The notes beneath the pieces are model-generated. The model searched no databases, had not been told where the DNA came from, and worked only from the letters and a program-made list of their open reading frames with translations. From an uncultured Mycoplasmatota bacterium (GTDB lineage Bacteria; Bacillota_I; Bacilli_A; RF39; UBA660), in assembly GCA_947303405.1 (NCBI GenBank), contig CAMYYH010000002.1, forward strand, positions 1 to 54,942: 54,942 bases of DNA. Reading direction: 5' to 3'. Of the stretch, positions 47,884 to 54,942 are shown in pieces (positions within the stretch are counted from its first letter, which is position 1; each line of letters begins with the position of its first letter). Made by a program: the position numbers and the translations under genes.

Positions 47884-47906
47884 GACATATTACATATGTC
47901 TTTTTT
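47884..47906 (+). terminator. Rho-independent terminator
   Basis: gacatat/atatgtc stem with a 3-nt loop, followed by tttttt. Confidence 0.55.
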
Positions 47907-47993
47907 CTTGATAAAAGTTGTAATTTCTATTTGGTTTTGTTATAATTAGCTAGACATGAGCCTTTATAATAATTAGAAAAGAGATGAATTTAT

Positions 47994-49631
47994 TTGAGTA
48001 AAATTAAAATTTTTAGTCTGGGTGGACTAGATGAAATGGGTAAGAATTGTTATGTAATTGATGTAGATAACGATTTGTTTGTTTTTGATTGTGGATTAAA
48101 ATATGCTAATGAGAATTTGTATGGTATTGATTATATAATACCTGATTTTGATTTCTTAGTTAAAAATCAAAATAGAATAAAAGGTGTATTTTTAACTCAT
48201 GGTCATTATGAAAATATGGGAGCAATAAAAGAATTAATGTTAGTAATACCTAATATTAAAGTTTATGCGACTAAATTTACAAAATTTATATTAACTAACG
48301 ATGGAATAGATACTAATAAGATAATAGAAATTAAGAAGTTTAAGAAGATGAATTTTGGGAAAGTTTCTATATATCCAATTAATGTTAGTCATTCTACTCC
48401 TGATTCAGTTATGTATGTGATTAATACTAATGATGGAGCAATAGTTTATACTGGAGATTTTATCATCGATCCTAAAATGATGGATAATTATTCTATGGAT
48501 TTAGGTAAGATAGCTTATGTTGGTAAACAGGGAGTATTAGCTATGATGTGTGAATCAGTGTTTTCTGAACATATTGGACATACTTCACCATCACATAGAT
48601 TATTAGATTTCTTTAAAGATGTTGTAAAACATACTGATGATAGATTGATATTTTCAATATTACCTACTCATATTTATACAATTCAGGAAATATTTACTAG
48701 TGTAGAGAATACTCATAGAAAAGTAGTAGTAATGGGCAAAAATTTACAAAATATTATAGGTTATGCTAAAAAAGAAGGATATTTAAAATTTAGTGATAAT
48801 CTATTAGGAGATTTATCCAATATAGAAGATAAAAATTCTATACTTTTAATTCAGGATAATAAAGAAGCACCTTATGCTTCGATAAGTAAAATAATAAATA
48901 ATTATGATAAGTTTATTAAACTAAGAAGTACTGATACTATTGTATTTGCGGAACCAAAGTATGATAGTAATGAAAAGACTTTTGTTAAGATTGAAAATGA
49001 TTTGGCTAGAAGTGGGTGTGCTGTAGTTAATGTTCCTAAGGAAAAGAATATATTGCATCATGCTTCTTCTGAAGATTTAATGATAATGATTGATTTATTA
49101 AAACCTAAGTATTATATACCTGTTAAAGGGGAATATAGATATATGGTTAATAATGCTAATATTGCTTCAGAACTACAAATGCCTAGTGAGAATATTATAT
49201 TAAAACAAAATGGTGAAGTAATAGAGATAGATGATGGTAAGTATCAGGTAGATCATTTTGAAAAGATAGGTGTTAATGATATCTTGATAGATGGTAATAG
49301 TAGTGAAGATGTCGGTGAATTAGTAATAAAAGATAGAGAGATGCTATCAGAAAATGGAATAGTATTAATAAGTGCTACTATTTCAAAGAAAGAAAAAGTA
49401 TTACTAGTTGGACCAGAGGTTACTACAAGAGGATTTATATATGTAAAAGATTCAGCTGAGATGATAAATGAAATAAAGAGAATATCTTTAGAAGTAATTG
49501 AGAGAAATATAACTAGTACATATGTAGATTATAATAGTATTAAGAATGAAATTAGAGAGGGTTTAGGTAAGTATCTATACCAAGAAACTGAATGTAAGCC
49601 TATGATTATTGCGGTTATTCAAGAAGTATAG
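47994..49631 (+). CDS. rnj: Ribonuclease J paralog with a degenerate second metal site (J2-like)
   Basis: IFSLGGLDEMGKNCYVIDVDNDLFVFDCG, SHSTPDS, YTGDFIIDP and HHASSEDL fit the RNase J architecture (MBL, beta-CASP, C-terminal domain). Motif 2 reads HGHYEN rather than HGHEDH, and motif C reads PVKGE rather than PIHGE. The start codon is TTG. Confidence 0.85.
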   Translation: MSKIKIFSLGGLDEMGKNCYVIDVDNDLFVFDCGLKYANENLYGIDYIIPDFDFLVKNQNRIKGVFLTHGHYENMGAIKELMLVIPNIKVYATKFTKFILTNDGIDTNKIIEIKKFKKMNFGKVSIYPINVSHSTPDSVMYVINTNDGAIVYTGDFIIDPKMMDNYSMDLGKIAYVGKQGVLAMMCESVFSEHIGHTSPSHRLLDFFKDVVKHTDDRLIFSILPTHIYTIQEIFTSVENTHRKVVVMGKNLQNIIGYAKKEGYLKFSDNLLGDLSNIEDKNSILLIQDNKEAPYASISKIINNYDKFIKLRSTDTIVFAEPKYDSNEKTFVKIENDLARSGCAVVNVPKEKNILHHASSEDLMIMIDLLKPKYYIPVKGEYRYMVNNANIASELQMPSENIILKQNGEVIEIDDGKYQVDHFEKIGVNDILIDGNSSEDVGELVIKDREMLSENGIVLISATISKKEKVLLVGPEVTTRGFIYVKDSAEMINEIKRISLEVIERNITSTYVDYNSIKNEIREGLGKYLYQETECKPMIIAVIQEV

Positions 49632-49691
49632 ATAACAACTTCTAATTGCATTCTACTCATGTTATAATTGATAATAGGATAGTGGTATTTA

Positions 49692-51725
49692 ATGAAGAGA
49701 ATAATGAGGGTATTACTAGTAATCCTATTTATACTATTACCTATTAGAGTTAAGGCTTTAAAAACTACTAGTGAATTAATTAGTGTTAAGAAAATGGGTG
49801 TAGACGTTGAATTAGGAGATATGCAATTAAAGAATGTATCTTTTGTTCCATATAATAATTATCAGAATAGTGGACAAAAGGGATATACAATTAATGCTAG
49901 TTTCTATAGTTTATATAAAAAAAATATCAATGTTAGTATCGTATTTAAATTATACGATAATTTTAAGAATGAATTAAAAACTTATGAAGATAAATTTGAC
50001 TTATCATATGATAGGTATGTTTTGTATGAAAAGGGGGAGGTTTATCCCTCTTTAGATAGTGTTGCTTATTATTCCGTTAAATTAGAAATATTAACAGATG
50101 TATCAACCCCTAAGAAGTCTGATGTATCAACAGATTATTATATTGATGAATTATCATCTAATATAGTTATTACAGAAGATAGAGAGATTATATATAATGA
50201 AAAATTAAATGTTACATTTAGTAATGATAGTAATTATTTTTATTATTATGTTCCTGTTAAAGATATATATTTATTAAAAAATATTAAAGTAGACGATAAA
50301 TATAAAATAGAATTAGAAAAGGGAATTAATAATATTACCGTTGGCTCTAAAGATAAGAAATATAAAGATGAACAAGTATTTAATGTTAGTTATAAGTATA
50401 TTTTGGGTAAAGATTATAATAAGTTTGATGATGTTATTAAGTTAGATCTTATCAACAGTTTTAATGATTATGTAAAGAAATCAAATATTACTATTAAGGT
50501 ACCTAAAGAGAAGGGGATAAAGGAGATAATCTTCTATTTAGATGGAGATAAAATAAAACAAGACTATAAAATTGATGGAAATATCATTACTCTTAAATAT
50601 AAGAAATTAAAAAATAATAGTGTTTTAGGGATGAAGATGGTATTTGAAAATAATTATTTTACTAATAGAAAATCTATTGTTGATAACATGATAATGGGTG
50701 GTTTAGTATTGCCTATTACTAGTTTTTTAGTAGTATTAATTGTTTATATGTTAATAAGAAATAAGAAGATAATGTCTAAGAATATTAATATGGATTTAAT
50801 ATCTAAGTATTCTTCTTTAGAAGTGGGATATCTTTATAATGATAAGCTAGATAATAAAGATATTATGTCTATGCTATTATCTTTAGCTAATAAAGGATAT
50901 CTTAATATAGAGAAACAAAAAGATGGATATCTATTAACTAAGGTAAAAGAGTATGAAGATAATAATGAATATGAAAAAGCATTATTAGAAGGGATATTTG
51001 GAGAAAAGAACTCTGTTAAAGAAGAGGATTTATATTACTTAGATAACTCTTTTATAAATGATATAAAGAATAGCATTGAACAAAAATATAAAGCTAAGTT
51101 TTATAATAATTATTTTAATAAGTACTTAGTTGTAGTGATATTAGCTTATTTAACAGTTTTTTTGATTACTTATAGACCACTGGTGGTATTTGATCATACA
51201 TATTTACTATTGGGAGTTAGTTTATCTATGTTAATATTAACAGTAGTATTTATTATAGTTAATAGTAGTTTTAAATTAATAGAAAGAATTATAGGGTATT
51301 TAAGTGTTACGATTTTTTATACATTTTTAGCTTATTTTGTTATATTACCTAGTTTAAAAGTGTCTATTTTATATATGCTTATCTATATAGTTGGTATATT
51401 AAGTATAATAGGTAGTTTTGTAATATATAGAATGATTCCTAAGAGAAAGATGGCAGCGAATAGGTTACTAAGAAATATTAATAGATTAAAACATGATATA
51501 GATAAGAATGTTGTAGTAGATAAAGATAAGTTCTTAAAATTATTACCTTATACTTATGTCATAGATAGCTATGATAATTTTACTAATCGTAATGTGTTCA
51601 ATGAGGTTAATTGGTATATAGATAATAATTTTGTTTATTGGAATTTTGTAAATGAAATGAAGACTCTATTAGCTAATATTACTTATGATTTAACACATGT
51701 TGATAGAAATGGGGTGAACAAGTGA
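49692..51725 (+). CDS. DUF2207 domain membrane protein
   Basis: Signal peptide, an extracytoplasmic domain of about 330 aa, a TM segment, a cytoplasmic LEVGYLYNDKLDNKDIMSMLLSLANKGYLNIEK segment and a C-terminal TM bundle. Confidence 0.7.
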   Translation: MKRIMRVLLVILFILLPIRVKALKTTSELISVKKMGVDVELGDMQLKNVSFVPYNNYQNSGQKGYTINASFYSLYKKNINVSIVFKLYDNFKNELKTYEDKFDLSYDRYVLYEKGEVYPSLDSVAYYSVKLEILTDVSTPKKSDVSTDYYIDELSSNIVITEDREIIYNEKLNVTFSNDSNYFYYYVPVKDIYLLKNIKVDDKYKIELEKGINNITVGSKDKKYKDEQVFNVSYKYILGKDYNKFDDVIKLDLINSFNDYVKKSNITIKVPKEKGIKEIIFYLDGDKIKQDYKIDGNIITLKYKKLKNNSVLGMKMVFENNYFTNRKSIVDNMIMGGLVLPITSFLVVLIVYMLIRNKKIMSKNINMDLISKYSSLEVGYLYNDKLDNKDIMSMLLSLANKGYLNIEKQKDGYLLTKVKEYEDNNEYEKALLEGIFGEKNSVKEEDLYYLDNSFINDIKNSIEQKYKAKFYNNYFNKYLVVVILAYLTVFLITYRPLVVFDHTYLLLGVSLSMLILTVVFIIVNSSFKLIERIIGYLSVTIFYTFLAYFVILPSLKVSILYMLIYIVGILSIIGSFVIYRMIPKRKMAANRLLRNINRLKHDIDKNVVVDKDKFLKLLPYTYVIDSYDNFTNRNVFNEVNWYIDNNFVYWNFVNEMKTLLANITYDLTHVDRNGVNK

Positions 51726-54457
51726 AAGAGGATATAATTAATAATTTATCTAAGTATGATAAAGATAAGATTCAATTAAAATATGAAAAAAAAATATTAG
51801 AAGCATTAAATACGAATCATTCTCTTATAAAGTATGTTCATCCGGCGATAATATATAAGAATTCTAAGGAGATAATAGAAATATTAGGTGATAGTAAAAA
51901 GTATTTGAAATATATACCTGTTAATACTATTAAAAAACACCAAAATATTATATTTGAGTACTGTAAGTATAATCCTGAGTTGTTTAAGTATATAGATGTT
52001 AAATATTATCTAAAAAGGGAAGAGGAAGCAAAAGAAATAATAAAGGCTTTTCCTTTAAACTATGATTATTGTGATAAGAGTTTAAAAGAAGGTAATAAAG
52101 AATTATTTAAGAATGTGTTTATAAAACTATTTAATATTAAAGATAGTTATGTAATAGATAGTTATTATAAGATTTCTATTAATAATGATAGATTATTGCA
52201 TAATATAAATAGAGTAATGCTTAACAAAGATTTGGTAATGGTACTAGGTCATAATCTAGATAAAGTAGTTAATTATAAAGAATTAACTAAGAAAATAGAA
52301 GAATTAAGTAAAGATAAGTATCGTTTTAAAATATTAATAGATCTATTAAAATTATATAAAGATAGTGACTATGTAGAAAGATATATAGATTCTTTAATTG
52401 ATTTAGTTAAGAAAGATTACTATTTTTATAAAAGTAATGGGAATATTATAAGTATTAATAAAGATGTATATCATGCTTTATATAAAGATAGTCTTAGTAT
52501 AAATGAGATAAAACAGTTATATTATATACTTAGTAATAATATGATACATATAAATAGTAGAGAAGAATTCTATAAGTTTAGTGATATTAGAAATAGTTAT
52601 TTGAGTAATATTAATATAGAAAGTATTAGAGAAGCCAAGGATACTATATTTGAATATAATTATGCGATGAACTATGAAGAGATAAATGGTTTAATAGATA
52701 AGTATTCTAGTAATATAGATTATTTAATTAGTAAGTATAAGAAATATAAGTATAATATTGATGAAATAGAAGAATATGAAACATTATTAATTTTTAGAGA
52801 AATGATAAATATTAATAATTGTAATGATTTTAATGAGTTAAGAGAAATATTAGAAGAAGCATATATCAATCATAAAGAAATAAAGAGTTATGATAATAGA
52901 ATATACTTAGAAGAGAGAATTGCTAGTATATATCACAAAGAGTATGAAAGAATAATAGGTAAAAGAATAGAATATACTAATGAAGAGAAAGTATTATATG
53001 AAGATATAGTCTCTAAGAATAAACAATCAATAGAATATGTTGGTAAGTATGTAAATATAAAGTATGTTAATCCAGAGTCGTTCTTTAATATGTTACTTAG
53101 AAAAGATATAAGTAGTAAGTATTTTAATACTTATAATTATATAAGTAATGAGTATATTAATGTAGATATAGATTCTTATTATTTAAGAGTTAATAATATT
53201 AAAAATAGAATAGTACGAATAGATATGGATAAATATTTTGTACCTGGAGTTAAATATAATAATATTATCTTAGAGGGAGAGCAAGTAATTAGTATAGTAT
53301 GTTTTACTAATAAGATAAGTGAATCTGTTATAAGAAAAGCTATAGATGAGAATATTATTATAGAGATTATTAACATAAAAAGTGTTGTTAATTATATGAA
53401 AAACTTAAGGGATAGTATATTTAAAAAGATAATACATTATATAGATAATAAAGAAGAATATGTAGAAGATGAAAGAATAACTAAGTATACACCGATAGAA
53501 TGTGTAGAATTATTATGTAATATTAGTAATAATATGATAATTAGCAATAACTTAAGTAAAGAAATATTTACAAGGAATATATCTAATATAATATCTAAGA
53601 TAGATAATATAAAAGATAATTATGTATTAATAAGTCAATTATTACTAGTAGTTAGAAAATCTTTAGAGTTTATTGGTAATACGTTTGATAAAAAGATAGT
53701 TTATAGAGATTTAGATAGATTGTATAGAAAGTATAATCTATATGTAAGAGAGTCTTCTGATTATAAAGATGTATTAGTATTATTAGAGAGTAATAGAGCT
53801 AAAGATATAAAAGTATTTAATGATTATAATAGAAATCAAATAGAATACTTAGATGTAGTAGATAAGATTAAATTCGATAAGATAGCAGATTATATAGAAT
53901 TACTAGAAGATAATTATTATAGAGGAGATATTAATAAGGTAATAAGAATTAGTATTTATAGTAATCTACTAGCTCATATGATAGATAAAGAATTGGTAGA
54001 TTTATGTCTATTAGCTAGTGTATATTCGGATATAGGTAGATTAACTAATATTAGATTTGGTGATTATAGTGCATCTATATTTAGGTCTATATATAAGAAT
54101 ATTTTAAAGAAAAGTGATATTGATATAGTATGTGCAGTAATAGATTATCAAGATAGTATAGAGGATATTAATAAAATACAAATTAAGTATAAGATAAAAG
54201 ATATAGATAAGGTTAAAAAGATATCTTCTATATTAAAAGATTCTATATACTTAGATGAATACAAGTATAAGAGATATCTAATTAATAAAGAATCTACTCG
54301 GTTATTAAAGATAAAAGAAGTAGTATCTAATTGTATATATGATCATGAATTAGAAGTATTGATTAGGAAAAGAATTATTAGTAAGAACTATTATTTAAGA
54401 CTATTAGGTATGGGATATACTTATAAGGAAATATATGAATTATGCAAGAAGTTATAA
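51722..54457 (+). CDS. Large hypothetical cytoplasmic protein (911 aa) with a degenerate HD-like C-terminal domain
   Basis: The GTG start forms a GTGA overlap with the DUF2207 stop. The N-terminus has repeated ..LKYI/FKYI.. segments (DUF4116-like). The C-terminal LLAHMI...LLASVYSDIGRLTN...ILKDSIYLDEYKYK parallels the HD protein at 47038. Confidence 0.65.
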   Translation: MKEDIINNLSKYDKDKIQLKYEKKILEALNTNHSLIKYVHPAIIYKNSKEIIEILGDSKKYLKYIPVNTIKKHQNIIFEYCKYNPELFKYIDVKYYLKREEEAKEIIKAFPLNYDYCDKSLKEGNKELFKNVFIKLFNIKDSYVIDSYYKISINNDRLLHNINRVMLNKDLVMVLGHNLDKVVNYKELTKKIEELSKDKYRFKILIDLLKLYKDSDYVERYIDSLIDLVKKDYYFYKSNGNIISINKDVYHALYKDSLSINEIKQLYYILSNNMIHINSREEFYKFSDIRNSYLSNINIESIREAKDTIFEYNYAMNYEEINGLIDKYSSNIDYLISKYKKYKYNIDEIEEYETLLIFREMININNCNDFNELREILEEAYINHKEIKSYDNRIYLEERIASIYHKEYERIIGKRIEYTNEEKVLYEDIVSKNKQSIEYVGKYVNIKYVNPESFFNMLLRKDISSKYFNTYNYISNEYINVDIDSYYLRVNNIKNRIVRIDMDKYFVPGVKYNNIILEGEQVISIVCFTNKISESVIRKAIDENIIIEIINIKSVVNYMKNLRDSIFKKIIHYIDNKEEYVEDERITKYTPIECVELLCNISNNMIISNNLSKEIFTRNISNIISKIDNIKDNYVLISQLLLVVRKSLEFIGNTFDKKIVYRDLDRLYRKYNLYVRESSDYKDVLVLLESNRAKDIKVFNDYNRNQIEYLDVVDKIKFDKIADYIELLEDNYYRGDINKVIRISIYSNLLAHMIDKELVDLCLLASVYSDIGRLTNIRFGDYSASIFRSIYKNILKKSDIDIVCAVIDYQDSIEDINKIQIKYKIKDIDKVKKISSILKDSIYLDEYKYKRYLINKESTRLLKIKEVVSNCIYDHELEVLIRKRIISKNYYLRLLGMGYTYKEIYELCKKL

Positions 54458-54861
54458 GTAATATATTAGGCAAACCATTAACTTCTTCATTATTGAATAT
54501 GTTAAAAGAGTTTAAAAAACTAGGTTATGATGAAGAAGAAATATATAGGAATATAAAAGATTTAAATGATATTAGTATTATGTGTTTATATCTATTAGCT
54601 ACTGAGTATAATACTGATATGTCTTATTATATTAAGAAGTCCCATGATAGAATAATGGATAATAGAGTTAAAAGATTAAAAGATAGTTATAGAAATAATA
54701 GTATTAAAAAATATATAAGTAAACTAGATAAAACAGAAGTAATAAATCTAGCTCATTATATGGGCTTATATGATTTAAGCAATAGAGAATATAACAAACT
54801 AAATGTAGAATATAAGTATTATTACAAATTATTTAGTGAATATATTAAAAATGTGTTATAA
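54442..54861 (+). CDS. Hypothetical protein (139 aa)
   Basis: The ORF overlaps the upstream gene by 16 nt. I recognise no motifs. Confidence 0.5.
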   Translation: MQEVISNILGKPLTSSLLNMLKEFKKLGYDEEEIYRNIKDLNDISIMCLYLLATEYNTDMSYYIKKSHDRIMDNRVKRLKDSYRNNSIKKYISKLDKTEVINLAHYMGLYDLSNREYNKLNVEYKYYYKLFSEYIKNVL

Positions 54862-54887
54862 TGGCATTGGTATTTAATGCCATTTAC

Positions 54888-54942
54888 GCTGGTATAGTTT
54901 AGTGGTAAAACAGGTCCCTGGTAAGGACCAGCGGCAAGTTCA
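54888..54942 (+). tRNA. tRNA-Thr(GGT), 3' end beyond the window
   Basis: Acceptor gctggta, D-arm gttt-agtggtaa-aaac, anticodon arm ggtcc-CTGGTAA-ggacc (anticodon GGT). The T-arm starts gcaag-ttca at the window edge. Confidence 0.85.

Noticed and set aside
47868-47945. A 25-codon ORF (MNGYFGHITYVFFLDKSCNFYLVLL) in the HD-to-rnj spacer, considered as a possible small hydrophobic peptide or toxin.
   Set aside because: It has no SD sequence, spans a terminator hairpin and a promoter-like region, and is indistinguishable from chance in AT-rich DNA.
1-54942. Possibility of Mollicutes genetic code 4 (TGA = Trp), given the extreme AT content.
   Set aside because: TGA terminates well-defined genes at the expected protein ends (for example 5635-5637, 19570-19572 and 21079-21081). 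Trp in conserved motifs is encoded by TGG. No conserved gene requires read-through of TGA.

Overview
This is a 54.9 kb chromosomal segment from a very AT-rich, low-GC Gram-positive (Bacillota-type) genome. The lineage call rests on FemABX, RNase J, a T-box leader, an rpsO-pnp pair and an SsbB-like SSB. The genetic code is standard: TGA is used as a stop and TGG encodes Trp. Almost all genes lie on the + strand. Recognisable content:
- an in-frame rimI-tsaD fusion, an SDR epimerase, YebC and an OmpR/HK two-component pair
- FemABX, rpsO-pnp, a heterodimeric ABC exporter and a TIGR01212 radical-SAM gene
- a CotH-VTC-DUF4956 trio, an acyl-CoA ligase, a tRNA-Arg(CCG)-like gene and a NUDIX hydrolase
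- a split YfhO-like gene, a Cof-type HAD and a SAM methyltransferase
- a MacB-like ABC fusion with no canonical start codon
- a T-box(Pro)-controlled proS, sufB, a short SSB, an HD protein and an RNase J paralog lacking one metal site
- a DUF2207 operon and a partial tRNA-Thr

I saw no CRISPR array, transposase, integrase, restriction-modification genes or rRNA. The best candidates for undescribed biology are:
1. a block of four orphan cytoplasmic ORFs at 18.6-22.2 kb, one of which carries an HD/DUF5662-like motif
2. the translationally coupled DUF2207, 911-aa and 139-aa operon at 49.7-54.9 kb, which carries a degenerate HD domain
3. the CotH-VTC-DUF4956 trio

All functional assignments come from motif-level reading of the translations. 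No database search was run.
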